The notes under the pieces were generated by a model. The model was not told the origin of the DNA, made no database searches, and saw nothing but the letters and a program-made list of their open reading frames with translations. From the NCBI GenBank assembly GCA_002411015.1, contig DHPY01000075.1, forward strand, positions 28,307-92,306: DNA of 64,000 nucleotides. Direction: 5' to 3'. Made by a program: the position numbers and the translations under genes. Position 1 is the stretch's first letter; every line of letters starts with the position of its first letter. Positions 42,357-50,769 of this stretch are shown here, piece by piece. Origin of the DNA: Armatimonadetes bacterium UBA5352 (GTDB lineage Bacteria > Armatimonadota > Zipacnadia > Zipacnadales > UBA5352).

Positions 42357-45275
42357 CTATTCTCCCACCGCCACCAGCTCCACGTCATCCACCCACACGG
42401 TGCCGGTGCCGTGCATGAGGTTCAGGTAGATGTGGAGCTGGTCGGCGGTCGGGTGGATGTCCTCCAGAACCAGCTCCCGCCACAGCCCCTCGGTGTTCGG
42501 CATGTTCAGCGCCATCGTCGGCTCCTGGCCGCCCTTCAGCCAAACCGCGAGCGTGCCCGCGAAGTCGTCGGTCGTGCGCGCCCAGAGCCGCAGCCGGTAT
42601 GTCTTCGCCTGATCGACCGGCCCTATCTCGCGATGCCATCTCCCCCACGCCCGGGTGGCGTATGCCTGCTCATCCTCCGCCGGCCCGAGCGCGCTGCAGG
42701 TCATCATCGCACAGGCATTTGCGGTGCGCGCGCCCTCAGTCGTGATCTCGAACTCGAAGTCGCCGATCTGCCGGTGCGGCAGCCAGGCCCCGGCGCCCTC
42801 CTCGAAGCCGCCGTCCGGGATGAGGTTCGCGCCCTGCTCCGCCTCGGGCTCTGGTACTGCGATCCACACCGGGCGCCAGATTCCGCCCGCGCCGGCGCTG
42901 TCCTCGACGCGCACGGCGAGCACGTTGGCCTCGCCCGGCCTGGCGACGTCCGTGATGTCCACCTCGAACGGCTTCTTCCACGACTCCGTATCGCCCTCAA
43001 ACGGGTAGGGCCGATCGAGCAGCCTCGTGCCGTTGACCCAGACCGTGCAGGCCTCGTCCACCGCGCCGAAGATCAGCCGCACGCGCCCGGCGCCCTCCGG
43101 CACCGTGAAGCTCGTGCGATACCACGCGAGGCCGTCGTAGTCGGTGGCATGCTCCTCACGCCACTGCCGCCCGGCCGCCAGTTCCTCCCACGAAGCGCTG
43201 ACCTCGGTCTCCGCCCAGCCGCCATCGCCGAACTCCTCCGCGAACCACTGCTGCTCCTCCCCCACACCGTCGGGGTCGAAGGCGAAGCACCACGGCCCGG
43301 GAAGCTGCTCGCCCGGCTGCGCGATGAGCTTCAGTAACTCGCGGTCCCACGTGTACCTCTCGCTCCAGGCGAGGTAGGCCATGTTGCAGACGAACTCGTC
43401 CTCGATGGAGGCGCGGAAGTCATCAAGCGCGGTGAGCGCATCGCGATACGGCGCGATGGCTCCGCTCTGGCGGTAGGCCTCGTAGACGCGCTGCACCTCA
43501 AGCGACATGCGCGCGTTCTGCAGGCCCTTGCGCAGCCACTGCACGCGCGCGAGCGCCACCGCGTCGTCAGCCGCGGCCGCCTCGGCGCTCGCGAGGAGCG
43601 CATCGCCTCGCGCGAATGCCTCCGGGGTGAAGATGACATCGCACTCGCGGTAGAAGTAGGACCAGTGCATCCCCGCCGGCCGCTCTGTGACCACATCGCA
43701 GACGGCGTCCCAGTGGTCGAAGTAGGCGCGCACCTCCTCGGCCGCCGGGCCGAAGGCGCTGTAGAACTCCCCGAGGACCTCCTCGACCGTGAGGTCCGGG
43801 CGCGCCGTCAGCCGCGCGAGCACGTAGAGATTCGGACCCTGCGTAGCGCACTGCCCGGTGAGCGAGTCGAAGTCAGTGGCGATCATCCCGTTCCCCGCGC
43901 AGTGGCGCATGTGCGCGCCGATCGTGTCCGCTGCGTACATTGGCATGGTGTGGCCGTCGAGCATGTAGTTCGGCCGCAGCATCATCTTTGCGCCGGTCGC
44001 AGCCCAGCCATCCCATTGGTCGAGCATCTCCTCGAGTTCGCCAGGGCCGCCGATGAGCCATCCGCCGGGCACGATGCCGATGTAGATGTGATCGTTCAGC
44101 TTCGTCTCGCGCGGCGGGAAGCGGTAGTTGCTGTAGGCGTAGCCGGTCACGACCGCCTCGGGATCGTGCTTTCGCGCCTCGGCCTGCACGGCGAGGAAGA
44201 AGCGCGCGTAGCGGTCGGAAAGGCTGCCGAGGAAGCGTATCCAGTCGCGATCGCCCGCCTCAAAGGCTGCGCGCGCGTGCTCCAGTCGCTCCTCCCACGG
44301 AACCTCGACGGCCGGATCCGGCACATCCCACGACAGGCAGCGCTCGCAGGTGCATTTCCCGGGAGTGTCGTTCTCGCTCGCATCAATGAAGGGGTCATCC
44401 GGAGTGCGCCTCGCCAGCCAGTCCTCGACGATCGCCTGATGGAAGGCAGGCTCGGAGACATCCATCGCCACGAGGTGCGCGGCACCTCCGTGGTAGGTGG
44501 GGTCGGAGCGGCGCGTGCCATCGGGAAGCAGGTTGAAGTACTCGGGGTGATCGGCGGAATAGCGATCCCACCATCCGGTGAAGGCGTGCGCCATGTCCAT
44601 GTTCACGCCGAGACCGAAGCGGTGCCTGCGCAGCCACCGCCCCTGCTCGGCAATCCAGCGGCTGCGGTTCTCCGGGTCGGCCCAGCCCTCGGTGCCTGCC
44701 ACCGTCGCTCCGCCATCCCGCCAGCGAGCGTGCACGAACGCCGGCTTGCCCGTGACGTCACGCGCGTCGAAGCTGATCTCCGCTCGCTGAGGCACGTCCT
44801 CCCCCAGCGGCCCCGGCCACAGCCAGCGCACACCAAGCTCGCGGTCGAGCAGGTCATACACCGCGAAGAGGGTGCCGACCTTCGTGCGGTTGGCGTGCTG
44901 GATGCCGCCCGGCTCGCCCTCGCTGTCGGTGCCGAGCAGGAAGAGGCGCTCCGCGTCTGCGCGGATGATGAAGCCGTTCGGCGACAGACCCTCTGTGCTG
45001 AGGCCCTCCTCCGCGGCAGCGCGTGCGGCGCCGATGTACACGCGCTGGCCATCGGCGGGCGCCTCCGCCTCGCGCACGACCGGAAGCTCTGCCCCGGTCG
45101 CGAGCCGCACGTGGTATGCAAGCTCATCGGCCGCCAACTGCTCGACCGGCAGGGGCTCGTCCGGCAGCACAATCGTGGCGACCGGCTGATGGTCCCGTAC
45201 AAGCTCCACGGCATCCGCGCCGAGCGCTGCCACGGTGATCGTCATGATAATCAGGCCGCTCCGCACACCACGCAC
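42357..45275 (-). CDS. Secreted multi-domain CAZyme-like protein (972 aa): DUF4838/GH20b-like N-region, GH2-N-type sugar-binding jelly roll, C-terminal CBM4_9-like module
   Basis: Signal peptide MRGVRSGLIIMTITVAALGADA. N-region YIGAARAAAEEGL...NGFIIRADAERLFLLGTDSEG. WYRTSFTVPEGAGRVRLIFGAVDEACTVWVNGTRL (Glyco_hydro_2_N-like). ANLIPDGGFEEGAGAW (CBM4_9-like). Confidence 0.5.
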   Translation of the reverse strand: MRGVRSGLIIMTITVAALGADAVELVRDHQPVATIVLPDEPLPVEQLAADELAYHVRLATGAELPVVREAEAPADGQRVYIGAARAAAEEGLSTEGLSPNGFIIRADAERLFLLGTDSEGEPGGIQHANRTKVGTLFAVYDLLDRELGVRWLWPGPLGEDVPQRAEISFDARDVTGKPAFVHARWRDGGATVAGTEGWADPENRSRWIAEQGRWLRRHRFGLGVNMDMAHAFTGWWDRYSADHPEYFNLLPDGTRRSDPTYHGGAAHLVAMDVSEPAFHQAIVEDWLARRTPDDPFIDASENDTPGKCTCERCLSWDVPDPAVEVPWEERLEHARAAFEAGDRDWIRFLGSLSDRYARFFLAVQAEARKHDPEAVVTGYAYSNYRFPPRETKLNDHIYIGIVPGGWLIGGPGELEEMLDQWDGWAATGAKMMLRPNYMLDGHTMPMYAADTIGAHMRHCAGNGMIATDFDSLTGQCATQGPNLYVLARLTARPDLTVEEVLGEFYSAFGPAAEEVRAYFDHWDAVCDVVTERPAGMHWSYFYRECDVIFTPEAFARGDALLASAEAAAADDAVALARVQWLRKGLQNARMSLEVQRVYEAYRQSGAIAPYRDALTALDDFRASIEDEFVCNMAYLAWSERYTWDRELLKLIAQPGEQLPGPWCFAFDPDGVGEEQQWFAEEFGDGGWAETEVSASWEELAAGRQWREEHATDYDGLAWYRTSFTVPEGAGRVRLIFGAVDEACTVWVNGTRLLDRPYPFEGDTESWKKPFEVDITDVARPGEANVLAVRVEDSAGAGGIWRPVWIAVPEPEAEQGANLIPDGGFEEGAGAWLPHRQIGDFEFEITTEGARTANACAMMTCSALGPAEDEQAYATRAWGRWHREIGPVDQAKTYRLRLWARTTDDFAGTLAVWLKGGQEPTMALNMPNTEGLWRELVLEDIHPTADQLHIYLNLMHGTGTVWVDDVELVAVGE

Positions 45276-45489
45276 AGCCGCTCACCTCACATGCACTCTG
45301 TGATTGCGCGGCGGAATTCGCCATGTACGGCACTCATGCCTCCACGTGAAGGTGCGGACGGGGCGGAGGCGAAACCACGCAGTGCGTACCGCATGAGGTT
45401 GACAGGCGACGACACCTGTCCTGCATCTGTTGATAGGCGAGGACGCCGGTTCTACATCTGATCCGGAGTATGCTTGCAGGGAGGGCGTA

Positions 45490-47052
45490 ATGATGACCGA
45501 ACAAGAGGTTCGAGCGCTGGTTGCTGAGGTAGTGGTGCTGCGCAACTCCGGGCAGTGGCGTGAGGATGACAATGCGCTGATCGAGAGCGGCGCCGCGCTC
45601 AGTTCGCAGGTGGGGCGCGAGGAGGTCCGGGAGCGCTCTGAGGAGCTGCGCGCACTCTCACCGGGGCAGCTCATCCTGCAGACGGACATGGAGACCGGGA
45701 GCTACTTCGCGCCCGACGGCACCGCGATCCCGCCGCTGATGGCGCTCGGGGCCTCGGACAGCGAGGAGCTCGCGGAGGCATGGGGGCACGCTGTCGGCCT
45801 TGAGGGCCGGAGGCTCGGCGTGGATGTAACGTGGAGCCCGGTGCTCGACGTGAACACAAACCCGGGCAACCCGATCATCAACGTGCGCGCGTTCGGCGAG
45901 GATGCCGAGCAGGTCGGGCGCCTCGGTGCGGCGATGACCCGCGGCTTCATCCGCTCAGGCCTGCATCCGTGTGCGAAGCACTGGCCGGGCCACGGCGATG
46001 TCGCAGTGGACAGCCACATCTCCCTCCCGACCGTGACGAAGTCGCGCGAGGAACTGGAGGCGGTGGACTGGCTGCCCTACCGGATGGCGCGCAAGGCTGG
46101 CCTCGAGAGCGCCATGACCGCACACCTGCTGCTGCCGCAGATCGACCCGGAGAACTGCGCGACCGTCAGCCACGCGCTCATCACCGGCATCCTGCGCGAA
46201 CACCTCGGCTACGAAGGCTGCCTCTTCACCGACTCGCTCGGGATGGAGGGCCTGCGGACCACGATCGACTCCGCGGAGGCCGCCTGGATGGCGCTCGCGG
46301 CGGGGCATGACCAGGTGCTCGTGGACTACAAGCGCCCTCCCGGCGAGAGCGTTGAGGCGATGGTGGCGGCGTGCATGGACGGCCGGGTGCCGGAGGCGCG
46401 GCTGCGTGACGCGGTCGGGCGGGTGCGAGCGCTCAAGGCGCGTTTGCGCGAGCTTCCGGCGCTTCCGCCCGAGGAGGAGATCCGCGCGAACATCGCGGAT
46501 GTCGGCCGGCGCGTGGCGGAGGCGGCAGTGACGCTGGTCGGCAAGCTGCCTGAGGGCGGCGTGAAGGCCGGCTCGCGGCCGCTGCTGGTGATCTTCGACG
46601 ACCTCAAGCGCCACGGCGTGGGCGTCGCGGAGGAGGGCGTCTCGGGCGGCCTCGAGGGCACCCATCCGCTCGCGCAGATCGCGCGGGAGATGCTCGACTG
46701 CGACATCATCGTGGCCTCCGAGGACCCGAGCGCGGAGGAGGTCCAGCGCATCGAGAGCCGCGCGCAATACGCGAGCGGTGTCATCGGCGCGACCGTGGCG
46801 CACATCCAGTCATACAAGGGCGAGGGCGTGCGGCTGCCCGCGAAGCAGCGCGAGCTTGCGCAGCGCGGCGCATCGGAAGGGCTGCTGCGCGGCCTGATGC
46901 TCTTCGAATCGCCCTACGCGCTCAAGGACCTGCCGAAGGGCATCCCGGCGGTCGTGGGCTACGGCGCCGATCGCTTCAGCCTGCGGGCGTCGCTGGAGGC
47001 GCTGCTCGGTAAGCGCGCCTGCCCGGGAAGGCTGCCAGTGACGGTGGGGTGA
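45490..47052 (+). CDS. Glycoside hydrolase family 3 N-terminal-domain protein (NagZ/BglX-like)
   Basis: GH3 motif KHWPGHGDVAVDSHISLP. Catalytic region FTDSLGMEG. RBS GGGAGGG before ATG 45490. Confidence 0.7.
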   Translation: MMTEQEVRALVAEVVVLRNSGQWREDDNALIESGAALSSQVGREEVRERSEELRALSPGQLILQTDMETGSYFAPDGTAIPPLMALGASDSEELAEAWGHAVGLEGRRLGVDVTWSPVLDVNTNPGNPIINVRAFGEDAEQVGRLGAAMTRGFIRSGLHPCAKHWPGHGDVAVDSHISLPTVTKSREELEAVDWLPYRMARKAGLESAMTAHLLLPQIDPENCATVSHALITGILREHLGYEGCLFTDSLGMEGLRTTIDSAEAAWMALAAGHDQVLVDYKRPPGESVEAMVAACMDGRVPEARLRDAVGRVRALKARLRELPALPPEEEIRANIADVGRRVAEAAVTLVGKLPEGGVKAGSRPLLVIFDDLKRHGVGVAEEGVSGGLEGTHPLAQIAREMLDCDIIVASEDPSAEEVQRIESRAQYASGVIGATVAHIQSYKGEGVRLPAKQRELAQRGASEGLLRGLMLFESPYALKDLPKGIPAVVGYGADRFSLRASLEALLGKRACPGRLPVTVG

Positions 47053-47068
47053 AAGGGTGAAAGGTGAG
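47041..47068 (-). repeat. Copy 3 (reverse orientation) of REP-like motif: reverse complement reads CCTCACCTTTCACCCTTTCACCCCACC
   Basis: Core TTCACCCTTTCACC. Overlaps the last codons of the GH3 gene and abuts the terminator hairpin. Confidence 0.45.
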
Positions 47069-47098
47069 GGGGGAACGGCGCGTTTGTGCCGTTCCCCC
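47069..47098. terminator. Perfect 11-bp hairpin GGGGGAACGGC-gcgtttgt-GCCGTTCCCCC between convergent GH3 and nuclease genes
   Basis: Stems are exact reverse complements. 16 nt after the GH3 stop and 9 nt after the minus-strand gene stop. Confidence 0.6.
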
Positions 47099-47106
47099 AC
47101 TTCCTC

Positions 47107-47910
47107 TCAGTCGTCGCCAGCCGCCGCGATGGCCTCCTCATCTTCCCTGCATTCAGCCTTCGCCGGTCGCCGCCTCAGCTGACGCGCCCCAGCTTTGCAG
47201 ACCCGACGACGTGCGTTCTCGGCCTCATCCCCCTCAAGGGTCTCACGCCGTAGCACTTCCTGAACGAGCTTCTCTCGTATCTCGTCGGTGTCCACCTTCA
47301 CGTCCGGGTTTACACGGCGCATCTCCCGCCGAATTGCCTTCAGTACTTCATCCGAGACAACAATGGCGGCAATCAGGTGACGGCTCGTCGCCTCATGATG
47401 GCAGACGAAGTCGTCGAGCACGTTCTTCTCGATGCCCTCGCGTGTCAACAGATAAAGAAGCTCCTGACAACCGCTCTGATTGGCAGAGATCTCCAACAGA
47501 TCAATCTCAGCTACCTGTCGAGCCTCAATCGGCTTCCCGAAAATCACCTGATAGACGCGCCACTTGACCCCGTTTGTCAGAATGACCCACTCGACGCCCT
47601 GGTTGGCTGCGTAGTCCAGCGCCTGCCTTATGTGGGTGTCTCTGAAGTCAGTGCCGATGGCTTTGATCTCGATGACGATGCGGATGACATCGGCAATCTT
47701 AATGACCAAATCGCAGTAGGTACCCCGAATTGAGTACTCTGAGGTGATCTCGGTGTACTTGTCGTACCCGAAGAGGTCGGCCAGCACGTCGGTCACTATC
47801 ACCACGGTATCCGACTCGTTGCAGTCCCGGGCGCGAGCGGAGTTCAGGATGGGCTGGTACTGCTTCAACGCCGCTGTCATGCGCTGTGCGACTCTTGCAG
47901 GTATCGCCAT
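47107..47910 (-). CDS. Standalone restriction-endonuclease-fold (PD-(D/E)xK) protein resembling the type I restriction HsdR N-terminal nuclease domain (HSDR_N-like); lower-GC islet gene
   Basis: ITSEYSIRGTYCDLVIKIADVIRIVIEIKAIG carries the D...E-x-K catalytic pattern. Strong RBS GGGAGGG 7 nt upstream of ATG 47910. Visibly lower GC (about 52-55%). Charged C-terminal tail. Confidence 0.5.
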   Translation of the reverse strand: MAIPARVAQRMTAALKQYQPILNSARARDCNESDTVVIVTDVLADLFGYDKYTEITSEYSIRGTYCDLVIKIADVIRIVIEIKAIGTDFRDTHIRQALDYAANQGVEWVILTNGVKWRVYQVIFGKPIEARQVAEIDLLEISANQSGCQELLYLLTREGIEKNVLDDFVCHHEATSRHLIAAIVVSDEVLKAIRREMRRVNPDVKVDTDEIREKLVQEVLRRETLEGDEAENARRRVCKAGARQLRRRPAKAECREDEEAIAAAGDD

Positions 47911-48025
47911 GGAATGACCCTCCCGCAGCATGCGTCTGTACGTTCGTACGACGCAAGTCAGCGGAGGGTTCCCATTCTTGTCGTATATACCTCCATTGTG
48001 TTCCGCCCCCCGCCCAAAAAAGAAC

Positions 48026-48871
48026 CTACCACAACCCCGCGACCGCCGGGACTTCCGCGCGCTCCCTGAGGGTGATCGCGCCATTGCTGCAGGCGCTGCG
48101 GCAGACGCCGCAGCCGTAGCAGGCGCGCTGGTCCACCTCCACCTTCCGGTCCGCGGGAGTGAAGGTCAGCGCGCCAAACTGGCAGAGCCGCATACAGGAG
48201 CGGCAGCCCGTGCAGAGGTCCGGGTCCACCTCCGCCACATACTCCGCCCGCCACATGACCTTCAGGTCATGCACGACCGTAGACTGCATCGCGAGGCAGC
48301 TCTGCCGATCGCAGTTGCAGATGCCGCCGATGTAGGGCGTCCTGAAGGTCCAGACCGTGTGGCAGAGGCCATCCTTCTCATGCTCGGCGAAGGCGGCGGT
48401 CGCCTCCTCCGCGGTCAGTTCGTCATACTCATGCGTGTCCGGCCCGTGGAGGAAGCTCGAGTCTATCTCCTCCATCAGCTTCCCCGCCTCGCCGAGGTGA
48501 GGGGCCATCGAGATCGCGTAGCAGTAGCCGACGTCGCGCCCGAGGGTGCCGCGCCGGCAGATGCAGGCGATCCTGGCGATCGAGTTCAGGAAGCCGAAGA
48601 TCGTCTCGATCTCCTCCAGCGGCACCACCTGCCCGTAGTGCTGCTTCTTCATCCGCCGCGTGATGGCGGCCTTCGCCATCCGCTGGATGAAGCCCGGCGT
48701 GCGGTCAAGCTTCTCCATCATCGGGATGGCTCGCCCGGTCTCCTCCGGCTTTCCGAGAAAGCCCTCGATGAATCTGCGCCGCCGCAGGTCGCTCATGAGG
48801 TTCTCGGAGTAGTTCTTCGCCTGCAGATACCACTTCTTCCCGTCACCGTGCTGCGCGCAGAACTGGCACAT
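48026..48871 (-). CDS. Multi-cluster iron-sulfur protein with C-terminal 2x[4Fe-4S] ferredoxin domain; function unknown
   Basis: CTGCRSCMRLC and CYGCGVCRSAC ferredoxin motifs, plus additional Cys clusters (MCQFCAQHG, CICRRG...C, CNCDRQSC). Confidence 0.5.
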   Translation of the reverse strand: MCQFCAQHGDGKKWYLQAKNYSENLMSDLRRRRFIEGFLGKPEETGRAIPMMEKLDRTPGFIQRMAKAAITRRMKKQHYGQVVPLEEIETIFGFLNSIARIACICRRGTLGRDVGYCYAISMAPHLGEAGKLMEEIDSSFLHGPDTHEYDELTAEEATAAFAEHEKDGLCHTVWTFRTPYIGGICNCDRQSCLAMQSTVVHDLKVMWRAEYVAEVDPDLCTGCRSCMRLCQFGALTFTPADRKVEVDQRACYGCGVCRSACSNGAITLRERAEVPAVAGLW

Positions 48872-48945
48872 CGCACACGCCTCCTTCGCGATACAGACGC
48901 GTACGCTGGCGATCTCGCGGCCCCCTGCTCTTGTCTCTCTGGCGG

Positions 48946-50205
48946 CTATGCCAGGTACATCTCGACCACCGGGATCTCCACATTCGGCTTCACGATCGGC
49001 ACCTGAAGCAACAGGTCATCGCCCTGCTCGGTGAAGCGCACCTCCGATGCGTCGTGCAGAAGCTGCGCGTACTCGATCTTCCCGGCCATCCCCGGCAGGT
49101 GCAGGGTCCGCATCGGCCAGCTCAGTATGTGGCAGTAGAGCCTCCCGGTGTCGAAGTTCTGCGTGTAGCGGCAGTCGGTGGGGGCCTTGAGGTCCGACAT
49201 CGTGCAGCCGTAGATCGAGCGGCCGTTGTACTTCATCCACTCCCCCATGCCCCGCAGGCGCTCCTGCGCGCGATCATCAAAGCAGCCGCGCGCCGTCGGG
49301 CCCACGTTCAGCAGCAGGTTACCCCCCTTCGCCACACCGTCAATCAGCATCTGCAGCAGCATCGACGCGGACTTCCAGGTCATCTCATCGCGATGGTAGC
49401 CCCATGAGCCGCTGAAGGTCTGGCAGGCCTCCCACAGCACCGGCTGGCCATCCACCTCATACCAGCCCTCCGGCTGCACCTGCTCGGGCGTCCAGTAGTC
49501 CTGCGGCGTATCGGTGCGGTTGTTAATGAGGATGCCCGGCTGCAGTTCGCGCACCATCGGCACGAGCGTCTCCGACTGCCAGTCCGCCCGGCCCTTGCCA
49601 TGCGAGAGCAGGCCGCTCGCCTCGCGCTGCGGGTAACTGAAGTCGAAGAAGATCAGGTCGATCTGGCCGTAGCCGGTCAGAAGCTCGCGCACCTGCGCGC
49701 GCAGATACTCGGCGTACTTGCTCACGTCGCGGTCCTGGTGAGCCTTCAGGAACTCCTCGTCATCGGCCTGGGGGTGGACGCCGTCCACAGGGAACTCCGG
49801 GTGGTGCCAGTCGATCAGCGAGTGGTAGAAGCCCACGCGCAGGCCCTCGTTGCGGAAGGCCTCGACCATCGGCGCGATGAGGTCCTGGCCCCAGGGGGTG
49901 TTGGTGACCTTGTAGTCGGTCTGCTGCGTATCCCAGAGGCAGAAGCCGTCGTGGTGCTTGGTGGTGATGACGAAGTACTTCATGCCCGCGTCGGCGGCCA
50001 TCTTCGCCCACTCGGTCGGGTCGTAGAGGTCGGGGTAGAAGTGGTCGAAGTACTTCTGGTACTGCGCGTCGGTCATCTTCTCATACTTCTTCACCCACTC
50101 ATGGCGCGCGGCGAGCGCGTAGATCCCCCAGTGGATGAACATCCCGAAGCGGTCGCGGACGAACCAGTCGCTGTCTCCGATCGACGGTCGTGGCTGGACA
50201 GGCAT
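48946..50205 (-). CDS. Alpha-L-fucosidase, GH29 family (no signal peptide)
   Basis: DWFVRDRFGMFIHWGIYA..., FVITTKHHDGFCLWDT..., GFYHSLIDWHHPEF. Strong RBS GGGAGGG 7 nt upstream of ATG 50205 (ORF-track start 50313 trimmed). Confidence 0.85.
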   Translation of the reverse strand: MPVQPRPSIGDSDWFVRDRFGMFIHWGIYALAARHEWVKKYEKMTDAQYQKYFDHFYPDLYDPTEWAKMAADAGMKYFVITTKHHDGFCLWDTQQTDYKVTNTPWGQDLIAPMVEAFRNEGLRVGFYHSLIDWHHPEFPVDGVHPQADDEEFLKAHQDRDVSKYAEYLRAQVRELLTGYGQIDLIFFDFSYPQREASGLLSHGKGRADWQSETLVPMVRELQPGILINNRTDTPQDYWTPEQVQPEGWYEVDGQPVLWEACQTFSGSWGYHRDEMTWKSASMLLQMLIDGVAKGGNLLLNVGPTARGCFDDRAQERLRGMGEWMKYNGRSIYGCTMSDLKAPTDCRYTQNFDTGRLYCHILSWPMRTLHLPGMAGKIEYAQLLHDASEVRFTEQGDDLLLQVPIVKPNVEIPVVEMYLA

Positions 50206-50361
50206 TGGGTTGCCCTCCCGATCTGCCATAGCGTGCGAGCGTCGCCTCCCGGTTCGCCAGGCGGGCGGCGTTACCTGCCGGTGTGTTCGCACAGGAACCG
50301 GTTGCGGGCGCACCGAAGGCTTGGTTGCAGGTCATGACTGGATGACAGGGGTTGGTCGTAC

Positions 50362-50769
50362 ATGAACGAATTTGCCAGCAGGGCCGCCAGTGCCCTGGGA
50401 GTGGACACGGACACGGCGGAGTCGGCTACGGGCGCGTTGCTGAAGGTGGCGCGTGATCAACTCAGCGGCGAAGAGTACTCGAAGGTCGCCGCCAACGTCG
50501 AGGAGTCGGATCGGCTGATTGAGAGGGCCCCTCAGGAGCGGGAATCTGGCGCCGGTGCGAGGCAGGCGGCACAGGGGCTGCTCGGGCGAGCCATGGAGGC
50601 TGTCGGCGCCGAGAAGGGCGGCTCGGTGGGGATCGGCGCTCTCCCCGGGACCGCCGGCCTCAAGCCCGGGCAGACGCCGCGGTTCGTCGAGATGTTCATC
50701 GAGTGCATGCGCGGCAGAGCCGGCGCGGACGTTGCCGAAAGCCTGCTCTCGAAGGCGGCTCGGGCCTAA
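50362..50769 (+). CDS. DUF2780-like small protein (135 aa)
   Basis: Pattern ALGVDTDTAESATGALLKVARDQLSGEEYSKVAANV...GL...FVEMF resembles the DUF2780 family profile. No catalytic motif. Confidence 0.4.
   Translation: MNEFASRAASALGVDTDTAESATGALLKVARDQLSGEEYSKVAANVEESDRLIERAPQERESGAGARQAAQGLLGRAMEAVGAEKGGSVGIGALPGTAGLKPGQTPRFVEMFIECMRGRAGADVAESLLSKAARA

Noticed and set aside
45399-45420. TTGACA overlapped by palindrome GACAGG-n8-CCTGTC upstream of the GH3 gene as promoter/operator
   Set aside because: The -35-like hexamer is good but no convincing -10 follows at 16-18 nt spacing. A 6-bp palindrome alone is weak evidence. Noted only as a possibility.
43665-45461. 598-aa plus-strand ORF antisense to the DUF4838-like gene
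   Set aside because: Antisense artefact, no motifs, overlaps a well-supported minus-strand gene completely.
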